Positions 42,001-52,620 of a stretch of 56,324 bases of DNA are shown here, piece after piece; positions within the stretch are counted from its first letter, which is position 1, and each line of letters starts with the position of its first letter. The notes under the pieces are model-generated. The model was not told the origin of the DNA. It searched no databases and saw nothing but the letters and a program-made list of their open reading frames with translations. The translations under genes were made by a program, and so were the position numbers. This DNA comes from Balamuthia mandrillaris (taxonomy: Eukaryota), in NCBI GenBank assembly GCA_031835245.2, contig JAVKOQ020000006.1, forward strand, positions 434,001 to 490,324, read 5' to 3'.

Positions 42001-43794
42001 CACATGACCGAATCGTACAGTGCCTCGGCCGATCCTCCTGAGAAGTCCATCCCAATGTGTACTCTCAAGAACTTTCCCAGCAAGATTGAACATACCATTG
42101 AGGTAAAAGAACTTGCTTCGTTTCTTTGTTCTTTCGTCACTTGTCCTCTTTTCTGACTAAAAAATGAAACTACTATGTACACAGTGGGCCAGAGATTTGT
42201 TTGAAGGATTCTTTTCGACGGATCCAGAAGAAGTGAACAAGTTCTTAGAAAAGGATGACTACCTAGAGGTACCTTTCATCCCCTCTTACTTCATTCCTTC
42301 TTTCTTTTAACAATTTGATCTCTCTCACAAAAAATAACAACAGTCATTAAAGAAGAGCACAAATCCAGGCGTCTTAAAAAAGACACTCACTACCATTCAA
42401 AAGTCGCTCCAAACCGGCCCCGCCATCACATGGAAGGATTGCGTGGCCTGGGCTCGCCTCACCTTTGAGGAGATCTTCCACCACAACATTGCTCAACTGA
42501 TCCACAACTTCCCTGCTGACCATGTCGACAACACTGGCGCGCGCTTCTGGTCCGGGCCAAAGAGGTTCCCTCAGCCCATCGTCTTTGACCCGACGGACCA
42601 TGTCCACTTGGAGTTCATGGTAGCGGCTTCGCTCTTGATAGCGCAGACGTACGGAGTGAGCGACATGCCCAGCGGCGAGCCTGATACCGACGAGATTTTG
42701 AGCATCTTGGAGGGCGTTCACGTTCCTGAATTTGTGCCAAAGAAAGGTATCTTATTATTGTCCCATTTATTGTCATTTTCTTTCAGACTGCTGACCATTT
42801 TTCCAGTTAAAATTGAAACTGATCCAACAGCAACCGAAGAAGGCTCTTCCTCCTCCTCTTCTTCCGCTTCCGCTGTTCCCGAAGATCCCATGGAAGAGGC
42901 CGAATCCCTTGAGCACCAACTTGATGACCTCAAACGCTCCCCCGCCATCCAACAAAAGAACTGGCGCATGAACCCCATCCACTTCGAGAAGGATGACGAC
43001 ACCAACTTCCACATGGCGTTCATTACTGCGGCCTCCAACCTGCGGGCTCGTAACTATTCCATCGCCGAGGCGGACGTCCACAAGACCAAAGGCATCGCTG
43101 GCAAGATCATCCCTGCCATCGCCACCACCACCGCCATGATCACCGGTCTCGTTTGTCTCGAGCTCTACAAACTGGTTCAGTTGCAACAACAAAAGGAGGA
43201 AGAAAAGGAGAATGAGGACAAAGGAAAGGAGAAAGAAGAGGGAGATAAGAAAGGAAAGAAGACTTTGGAGCACTTCAAGAACGCGTTTGTGAACTTGGCA
43301 CTCCCGTTTTGGGCGTTCAGCGAGCCTTTGCCGCCACTCAAGCATGAATCCAACGAGGAGATTACGGCAGCACCAGAGGGCTGGACCGAGTGGGACTGCA
43401 TCGAGGTGAACGCCGTCGGCAAAGAGGGAACTATCGGCGAGTTGGTGCAGTACTTGCAAAAGACCTACAACATCTCCATCAGCTCCATTGCCAGTGGCAC
43501 GGGCTTGATGTACACCTCCTTCATGCCGCAGCACAGAGAACGTGTCCATCATAAGTATGTCAAACTCTTCTCTCTCTTTCTCTCTCTTCTTTTTTATTTA
43601 CTTACACACTCATTTATTTTTTCAAAATGACTAGGGTGACCGATGTGTGGGAAAAGGTGAATAAGGCAGAAATCCATTCCACCAAAAACTTTCTTATTCT
43701 GTCGGTAGAGGGCGAGGATGCCACCACCGATAAGGAGCTTTCTCTTCCGGACGTGCATTACCGCTTCCGGGATTACCACTCCACCTCCGAATAA
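38616..43794 (+). CDS. UBA1: Ubiquitin-activating enzyme E1; multi-exon, includes one AT-AC intron
   Basis: [39 protein letters not shown], catalytic [29 protein letters not shown] and [14 protein letters not shown]. Stop at 43792-43794. Confidence 0.97.
40335..40417 (+). ncRNA. Intronic box C/D snoRNA, SNORD76/U24-like (LSU rRNA guide)
   Basis: Terminal stem AGCCA/TGGCT. Degenerate C box AAGATGT, guide TATTTGCTACT, D' TTGA (40366), C' GTGACGA, D CTGA (40409). The guide is complementary to conserved LSU AGUAGCAAAUA. Confidence 0.75.
41525..41836 (+). other. U12-type (minor spliceosome) AT-AC intron in UBA1
   Basis: 5' site ATATCCTTT. Branch site TTCCTTGAC (41815-41823) with its A 14 nt from the AC end. 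Splicing gives G|AT and restores [15 protein letters not shown], matching the E1 pattern xVGxxTExxFxxxF. Confidence 0.9.
41588..41775 (+). ncRNA. Long structured box C/D snoRNA inside the AT-AC intron; putative U6 snRNA guide
   Basis: C box GTGATGA at 41598-41604 and D box CTGA at 41765-41768. Closing stem AAAGAT/ATCTTT and three internal hairpins. Guide CGCAGGGGT lies just upstream of D. Confidence 0.7.
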
Positions 43795-44025
43795 GCAAAT
43801 CCACACAACACATAACGTGATGGGCAATCCATTAAAGCCATCTTTGTTACTATTTTTTTTTTTTTGTTGTCTCCTTGTTCTTCTTCTTCTTCTTCTTCTT
43901 GTTGTTCTTCTTCTTGCTTCTGTTCTTCTTCTTGCTTCTGCTTCTTGCTTCTTAACATACCAGCACACTTAGAAAAAAAATCCAGTTGTTGAAAAGCAAA
44001 CAAACAAAAACGCTCCACTGCTCTC

Positions 44026-45956
44026 TCACAACAAAAGAGAGAAGGGAATGAACGCGTCCAAGGCGGCAGCGGAGCCGCCATCCCCGTCTTCAGCCCCGTC
44101 CTCGCTGCTGCTGCTGGTGTCTCTGCTGTCGTCCACCGTGGACGATGAGGAATCGGAAGGAGCATCCGCGGCGCACTGTTGAGTGGTGACCCCGCTGCTG
44201 CATTCAGAGTTGAAGAAGGGCTTGGCTCCTGGATCACCGCACACTCCTTCCGAAGCTGCACATGACAGAGAGAGAGAGAGAGAGAGAGAGCTTTGAGCGA
44301 ACAAACCAAAACGAGGAAATAGAAAGATGGAACGCACTCTCCAACAACTCCTCCAAAGTGGCGTTGGCGGTGGGGTTCAGGAAGCACCAGGTGCATCCAT
44401 TCTCAGCGCATGTACCGCAAGAGGTGTAGGCCGTACAATCCCTGATCGTGTACCCCATCTCCTCGAACATCTTGAGGACGTAACCTCCCGGATGATGGAT
44501 GGCCTCTCGAAGAGCGATGCCAGGGGTCATGAGAGAGTTGAGATCGCCTTCAGGAAAGTAATATTCGTCCAGATGAGAGACGGAGCTTCCCGGTGCCCAT
44601 TCGGAAGGAGCATAGCTTCAGGGTTGGGTTTAAAAAAATATAGAGAAGGTGAGAAAGAAGAGAGAGAGAGAACAACATAACACAACAAACAAACAATCAT
44701 ACGCACATTTTGACTGTTTCTCCTTCCAAGAAGGAGCCGACGTGATAGATGTCCTCGCTGGTGGACCAATCCAGAAGTGCAGCCTCGTTGTCCGATACAT
44801 CCGTCAAAGCAAAGCCGGTGCCGGATTCCTCGAGGCCAAAGTCAAGAATGTAGGTTCCGTCCAAGTCGTAAACCGGTGTCTCACCGGATACCCAAGAGAA
44901 TATGCCCAGTCCATGGCACAACTCGTGAACCATTATAGATACCTGTTTTATTTTTTTTTAAAAAAAATGTAAATAAATAAATAAAGATAATAAACAAACG
45001 GCAGAGATCAGGAAGAAAGCAAGCAAAAAAAAAAAAAAGGAAGAACGAAAACGAAAGGGTACCAAGTCGTATTGGCCAGGGCCAGGCTTTCCGTCAAGAC
45101 CGGTGTACAGATCGTCAAATGCCAGAGAGTTGATGCCCGACGAAATAGGAGGATTTTCATAACTTATGGAGACAAACCCAGAAGGAAAGGAGGATGAATA
45201 GCACGAACAAGTAAAGAGGAACAAAAGCCAACGAAGAAGCAAAAGAAGAAGAACAATGGCAACAAAGAAAGAATAAAAAGGAGAGAAGAAAGACGGGAGA
45301 AGAGGCTCTTACAAATATCCACTGTCTACAACTACAGGCAGAGGGAGATACACCCCTCCACTTCCAATGATAGGACAACCGGCATAGGCTAATACTCCCT
45401 CTTCCACCGTTTCTACGACCACCGAAACGCGAATGGCGGTGTTGAACTGAATCAAAGTGGAAAGGATTTCACCCTTTTTTTAAAAAAAATTATTTAAAAC
45501 AAAGATAAGCTATAACGCGCTTTTTGTAACGGAGAGAGAGACTATAGCCGCAACAGAAAGGAGGAAGAAGAAGAACAAACCGCGAAACGAATAGCCTTTT
45601 GATGTTTTGCGGGAATGCCGTCGGCGAATTCAAAGTGAAGGCCGGGGGCTTGGCGCTCGCTGAGCCTTCGCTCCATTCTCTGCGCGATCTGCTGCCATGG
45701 TCTCGGCGGAGCCACGTAAGAAGGTCTATCCTCTTTCAGACCGATGAGGCCGTCGGAAGGGCCGCGATTGCTCGGCGTTACTTCTCCTTTTTTTAATAAA
45801 AAAACATGAAGAGCGTTTTTTAAAAAAAAGTAAAAGGGGAAAAAGGAGAGGAGAGGAAAAAAATAACAAACCGCTATAGTGTCCAGCAGTTAATAAAATG
45901 CTAGAGAAGAACAGAGCGAAGAAGAGAACGACGGGGAGAGCGGAGAAGGAAGACAT
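44026..45956 (-). CDS. Secreted/GPI-like zinc metalloprotease with Cys-rich PSI-like module; multi-exon
   Basis: Signal peptide, VHELCHGLG (HEXXH), YAPSEWAPGSSVSHLDE...LM, CTAYTSCGTCAENGCTWC and a hydrophobic C-terminus. Confidence 0.8.
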
Positions 45957-46534
45957 GGCCCGGCGTTCCAAACACGAAGGTGTATATCTGTTTATTGCAA
46001 TAAAGATAGAACAAAAGAACTTTGGAGAAAGTTTTACCTACGTTCTCCTTACGGTACTTCGGCGGCTAAACATATAATTTTTCAATTCATTAACATAAAT
46101 TAAACCCCCTGCCGATTGGTCGAGCATTATAAGACCCGGTGAACAATTTTGTCATTGGTGATCAACCAATATAAAAGTTTTGATTCATGATTGGGCGCTT
46201 CGATATTTATTTTTATTTTGAGCCAATCCTTGTTCTGCACTGATGTGCCGCTTCGTCGGGTAATGCTGCTTCGCTTATGTGGATATGGGGGCTTGAGAAT
46301 CGCCCTACACAAAGTTAGAGAGAAAAGGAGAAGAACAACAAGATGAGAAAGAAGAAGAAGAGAAGAAGAAGAAGAAAGAGAACAGCGATAAGAAATGGTC
46401 AGGATGGAGTTCAAGTTGTGTTCTATTTGTTGCAACAATTTCAAAAAAAAAAACAAAATAGCAAAGTCAGCAGAAACAGAAAATAACAAAGACCAGCAAT
46501 CGCTTGGTTTGTTCTCCCATCGACTTTGCTTCGC

Positions 46535-47592
46535 TTACATCCAAAACGGGGAGGCAACGGTCCTGCCGCAACCGCTGTAGTAGTGCGGTTCCTCTTGCGC
46601 GGGTTGTTGAGGCGCCAAGGGCGTTTGCTGGTCGGGCAAGTCGCCGCCATAGCTCTGGTCGCTCGGAACTTGCGGCACTGGTTGAGGCTGGGGTTGCGGC
46701 TGGGGCTGGGGTTGAGGCTGTTGCGTTGGAGAAGCTGCACCGCCAAAGCCTAGATTGACGTCGCACTGCGATGCTATTTTTTTTATTCAACACAAAAAGT
46801 TAGAAACTCTCATAAACAAGCGGGTAGGAGAGAGAGAACGAACCAGGAAAAGGTCGTTCGGATCGCCCGCCGGAGACGTAGTTGCCCTGAGGGGAGTACG
46901 TGCAGACCACAACGGTGGCGAACTTTCCAGAGCAATCGTTCTTCATTCCACAAGCCACATGGGTTGTTCTGTCAATGTAACCATAACAAAGAATTAGTTG
47001 GAGGAGAAGAACAGGAAGAGGCGGAAAAGAAAAAGGTACCCTTCCCACATCATGGCGGTGTAGTGACCACATTTCTCCCAGGTCAAGGGGTTGCCCTCGC
47101 AGGTGTTGGCGTGGCAGTCGAACATACCGACCTCCTCATACCAACGGTCCACCGAGTTCTTGAGAGGTCCGTACTCCACGCCCCCGCTGTGCCAGTAGAG
47201 GTTCTCTCCGTAGCCGGCGGTGTAGGAGTGGCCGCCAGGGCAGGTATCAGCGTACGCTACACAAAAAATGAAAAAAAAAAAATTAACATTTCGTTGATCA
47301 AAAACGATGAAAAAAAAAATGTAGCAGACAAAAAAAAAGAGATGAAAAAAAGCAAACCTTCAGGGACGTTGGCAAAGTGAGTGCCATAGGCAAACTCAGG
47401 CAGGCCCTTGTTGCGACGGTAGCGGTTGTGGTACTCCAGGACCTCGGCCTTTTGTGCCTCGCTGAGGGCGCCCGCCTCGGCCCGCTCCACGCTGGCCACC
47501 AGCATCAGGAAGGCCAGCGCCGCCAGCAGCATCGCCGCCAAGCGGAAGAACGTAGCGGGGGAGGGGGAGAAGGCAGTAGCGACGTTGGCCAT
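46535..47592 (-). CDS. CAP/SCP/PR-1 domain secreted protein with Pro/Gln tail, 4 exons
   Basis: Signal peptide, LEYHNRYR, YGENLY, VDRWYEE, CGHYTAMMW, VACG and VVCTYSPQGN. Confidence 0.9.
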
Positions 47593-48537
47593 TGTTTTGT
47601 GGTGTGAAATGTTTTTTTTTGGGTGTGGAATGAAAACAAAAAAAAAAAAAGAAAAACAAAAATGGTATTTAAATGGCCAAAAAAAAAAAAAGAAAAGAGA
47701 AAAGAGTGACGGGAAACTTTCAAAAAGAAAAAGTAATTTTTTTTAAAGCAAAAAAAAAAAAGGTATTCGGAAAAATGGAGAAAAATAAAATATCCTGTTG
47801 ATGTTTAAAGTATGGAGAAAATGAATGCAAAATAAATAACAAAAAAAACTCTGTAAGGTCTATTTTTTTGCCGCCCGTGCGGGGGACGAGAACCAGTCGG
47901 AACGGAAGGGGCGGAAAAAGAGAAAAAGAGATAGCCAGATGCGCAAGTTGTAGAAGATGCAATCTCTCTCCGTTGGCTTGGATGGAAAAAAGGATAAAGC
48001 GGCGGGTTCTCATGTCATTTTTTTGACCCGGACGACCGTACAATCCTTCAACCCTCCCCTTTGACAGATGCTACAACTCGTTAGAAAAAGGTAGCAACGT
48101 TTCAAAAAAAAATACAAAATGTCTTTTCATCCCAACAAACAAACAAAAAATGAAAAAGACATGAATGGGGCGACGTCGTAACTTTGTTTTTGTTGCACGT
48201 CTCTTTTATCTCCGTCGCCAACACGTTTTTTTTTTTTTGTTGTTGTTGTTGTTGTTGTTGTAATGCTTTGTGGGCTCGCAAACGGAAGTTTTTGGCTCGC
48301 TGTCGCGTTTGTCCATCTTATTCTTTCTTTTCTTTTATTTTATTTTTGCCAAGTTGTTCTTCTTCTTCTTCTTGTGCTTGTTCTTCTTGTTCTTCTTCTT
48401 TTTCTTCTTCTTTTTCTTCTTCTTTTTCTTCTTCTTCTTCTTGTTCTTCTTCTTCTTCTTGTTCTTCTTGTTCTTCTTCTTCTTCTTCTTCTTCTCCTCC
48501 TCCTCCTCCTCCTCCTCCCACGGTGCTCATTAACGCA

Positions 48538-49429
48538 TCAAAGAACGACGTTAAACTCTCCTCCGGTGACTCCCCATGGACCCTTATCTTCTTCTTCGTT
48601 TCGCTTCTTCTCCTTCTTCCCCTTTTTGTTTTTCTTCTTCTTCTTCTTTCCGTTCTCTTCTTTTCCTCCTTCGCCTCCAAGCTCTGCCAACTCCAAATCC
48701 TTTTCTGAGAGCAAGGGCTGTTGCTGCTCCTCCTGCCTCCTTCTCTCCTCCGAGTGCATAAACGAGGTAGGAGGGACATAGGAGCTTGTCCCTCCATTCT
48801 CCTCCTCATCCTCGTCCCTCAGAAAGGCGTTGATGGTGGCCACCACCCTTTTCTTCCGCCACTTCCAGTCGCAGAAGCCCCAGGGCGTGCACCACACCCT
48901 GCACCCCACTCCCAACAGGAGCTTGCCTTTCTTGTGGCGAACCACCACTTGGTGCGAGTAAGCCGGAGCAAACACTTCCGTCACATCATCTACCGAAGGG
49001 GTTGACAAAGTTAATGGAAAGAAAGAAAGAAACGACAAGAAAGAAAGAAAGAAAGAAGAAGAAAGAAAATCGAAACAGAGAGACAGAGACAGAGAGAAGA
49101 GAGAAGAGAGCAGGCGATTGATTACCAAACGGTACAAGTCGGACGTTCATGACCCAAAACCCAAAGAGATAGACCACTTTCCACATAATAGTGCGACTCT
49201 CCCTCTCCAGGCGCAGTTCGTTCCAGCCGCAAAAGAAGGAGAGGGCGCCAAAGGCCAGCAGCAGGAGGACGGCGCCGATCAGGCCCACCAACCACTTGCT
49301 CCCCCATCCTTTCCAGAAGAGGAGCACCATGATGGCTATGATGATCCCACAAACCACCACGATGGCCGCCAGCCCGTTCCATAACCGGGTGTACTCTCGG
49401 AAGACCGCTCTTTCGTTCCTTCTTCCCAT
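48538..49429 (-). CDS. Uncharacterised 2-TM protein with beta-rich domain and charged tail, 2 exons
   Basis: Two hydrophobic helices in ORF 48986-49429, spliced to the frame of ORF 48538-49137. Confidence 0.6.
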
Positions 49430-49811
49430 CTCTCTCTCCTTTCTTCTTTTAAATAATTAGTTTGGGTAACTCTCTCTTGTCCTGGCTCATGTCTCATCTC
49501 GCATCTTCTAAATTTGTCGACATGGACACTAAGAGGCTAATAGCTTTCTACTGCTATCAGTTTCCTTTTTTATCTACTTTTTGTCGACTTTATTTGCATT
49601 GGGAACAAAGCCGCATCAAAAGGTGTCCAGGATTGTGATGTTCAATATTTGTCCAACTACCGCAAAAACGGGAGGGAAAACGCCGAAACCCTCAATGGAC
49701 ATTGTCACCAGAACCTTCGTGGTAAGGGTGTATGTCTTTATTGGAAAATCTACATCTATGATTGTTGGTTTGTGTTTGTTGCAAGTTCCTCTTTGCTCTG
49801 CTGCGGGTGGT

Positions 49812-50095
49812 TTAGCAACCCCTTAAGAACGACAGTAAAGTAACCCTGGAACCATCTTGAATATTGCAGTCAGCAATGGATTCCTCGTTTTGCAACACAT
49901 GTCCTCCTGTTATGAGTCTCAGCTGTGAGACGGGGATATCCAGCTGTTTGTGCAGCAATTGTTTGAGCTGTAGAACAGTGGTTGAGCGCGGAACTTTAAC
50001 AGGAAACATTTTACCCGTCATACTTTGTAGGATGAAGCGTACGGTCCTTTGTTTTCCTTTTTTTTCTTTCCGTTCTGCTTGTTCTTGTTCTTGTC

Positions 50096-50126
<31 letters not shown>

Positions 50127-50747
50127 TTCTTCTTCTTCTTCTTCTTGTTCTTCTTCTTCTTCTTCTTCTTCTTCTTCTTCTTCTTCTTCTTGTTCTTCTT
50201 GTTCTTGTTCTTCTTCTTCTTCTTCTTCTTCTTGTTCTTCTGCGTCATCGTGTTCATGGAGGCTCCCTTTGTTGCCATCATCCTCTCCATGGGTCCAGCG
50301 AGGCCAATATCTATCTGGTGGAGCTTCCCCGAACAGCTCCTGATAGCTCCCCAATGTTAGTTGATAACGGGCATGGCGAAGGGTATCGTCATCATAGCGT
50401 CCGTCAGGGTTGTGGTGGATCATCTGGCCGCAAAGCCGTCGGCAGTCCCTCGCATAGGTGGCTGTGTCCAGGATATGCAAGTGCCAGACGAGGTCCACCA
50501 TGGGAGAGGGCGACAACAGCTCCGCATCGAAGTCCTTGTGGACAACCTTCAGCTGCAAAAAGCGAAGATATTCCTCCACAAATGGGTGAGCCTCCTCACG
50601 GGGAAAGTGTTTCTCCTGTTGCACTCGACGGCAGAGGAGAGACACGTTGATGAACCCCGTGTCTGGTGGCGGTGCGTGCCCCAGCTTCTGTCTTTTGTGC
50701 ATCTCTTCTTTGAAGCTCTTTGTTCCTTCCCCTGCTTCCACGTTCAC
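49812..50747 (-). CDS. GRDP/DUF1399-like domain, acidic linker, C-terminal ubiquitin-like domain; first ATG at 50702
   Basis: EEYLRFL...PSPMVDLVWHLHILDT..Y...HH and the Ubl segment QSMTGK...LKQ...IPVSQLRLITGGHVLQ...NIQDGSRVTLLSFLRGC. Confidence 0.8.
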
Positions 50748-50857
50748 TACTTTTTTCCGCTACACTTTTCTTTTTCTTTAAAAAAAAAGTGCTAGTGCCT
50801 CTCTGCCCTTCCTGGAGCCTAGCTGCAGTGTCCACTACATTCTTATGAATGGAGAAA

Positions 50858-51017
<160 letters not shown>

Positions 51018-51205
51018 GGGGTTGGGTTTCCACAGCAAACCGAAAGAAAATTTTAAAAAAAGGGGGGAACCAACAAGGCCTACACATAGGAGGCGGAAGG
51101 GAGGTGCAAAGGGAGAAAAAAGAAAGAAGAATGAACGATGAAAAAAAAAAAACAAAGCTATGTAACAAATTGCAAACCAAAGGGGTACCAAACAAAGGGT
51201 GTTCC

Positions 51206-52620
51206 CTACGAAGAAATGGCAGCACACCCAGAAGAAGAAGCGTTGGAGGCAACACCTTCCATCTTCTTCAACATCAGGGTGGCTCTGTGCTGGCCAGCAG
51301 AGTGCAGGGCCGCGTAAGCCAGGGCATTCGCCAAGACCAAGGAGCCTCCGACGGGGGCCACCTCGCAGCCGGCATTGACCGTGACCACCATGCCGTACTC
51401 CTTCTTCTTCCTCATCTCCGCGATGAGCGGGATGCCGTCCATCCACTCCGCCACGAGGGTGGCTCCTTCTTCCAATCGCCCGGCGCAGCGGCTGCAACTT
51501 CCAAACTCTGAGACCCCATGCAAGATAGGATGGTCTGGCTTCAAGCGCTTGCCCAAACGAGTGTCCTCGAAGCGCGGGTTCATGCTGCCAGGCACCAACG
51601 GGTGCAGCTTCTCCTGCAAGAACGTGCCGCGGAGACAATAGCTCCCGCCGTTCTGGTTGGCCGCTCGAGCCACCACAACGCCACCGCGATCCCGTTTGAC
51701 GTACGCCGCCACATTGTTGCTGAGGGTGCGATTGTCAGCCATGGAGCTGCCGCCGATAACCAGAATGGCGTCGAAGCGGGAGAGCTGCTCCAGGGAGGGA
51801 GTACTGGTGGAGGAGTCCATGACCTCCAGCCGTTTGACCTGGAAGGGAATGTGCAGGTCCGCTTTCTCGCAGCGGCTGCTGCTTAATACTAGAAATGATA
51901 ATTCCTTGTTGTTATTGTTGGTTAGAAATAGTACAGATGACAAAAGAAAAAAAGAAAGAGAAGTAGGTAGGATAGGAAGATGAAGGATTACCTTGACACG
52001 AAGCCCAGTCAAGACTTTTTCTCTGTAACTGGTTTCGACTTGACCAAAGCGGCCGTAGTAGCCTCCACCATAGAGACGCAGCTTTGGAGGCCCCTTGGTG
52101 ACGGAGGAAGCGGGTGGTCGAGGCGGAATGTAACAACCGCCTTTACAACCGGTCTTGGACCGCTTGCGTCTAGGAATCGGTCCAGATCCGCCTTGCTCCA
52201 CCTCCTCGTCCACTACTTTCTCTTTGAGTTTTTCTTTCGGTGAGGTTGTCATCATCTGCTCGTCGTCGCAGTTGATGTTGTCGTTGTTGGGGTGCGGCGC
52301 ACCGAGTTTTCGTTTGCCACGAGAACCTCTTTTGTTCTTCCATGGTTTGCTGGCAACTGTTGCTGCTCGTTCTGCTCTCCTGGCTAATCTTCTCCAACGA
52401 GAGGGCATGTGTCCCTCCCTCTCTACTTGTCCATCATTTTCTTCTTCTTCGTCGTCGTCCGAAGCTTCCTCTTCCTCGCTGCTATCATCTTCCACTACTA
52501 CTATCTCATCCTCCTCTTCCTCTTCTTCATTTTTTGCCATATCTTGCTTTGGTGGGGGTAGTTGAGTGACGTCGTCGTAGAGGCAATGCTTCAAGTAGGC
52601 CTCCTTCCAAAGGCGAATCG
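51206..52620 (-). CDS. Protein with C-terminal class I GATase-like/ThuA-like domain; 5' end abuts the MULE TIR and is possibly truncated
   Basis: TPSLEQLSRFDAILV, YV...GGVVV, DHPILHGV, ATLVAEWMDGIPL and LANALAY. Probable in-frame intron at ~52003-51906. No ATG precedes LWKEAYLKH before the frame enters the TIR. Confidence 0.55.

Noticed and set aside
47865..47980. Two hairpins suggesting an H/ACA snoRNA
   Set aside because: No correctly placed ACA box on the plus strand and no H box on the minus strand.
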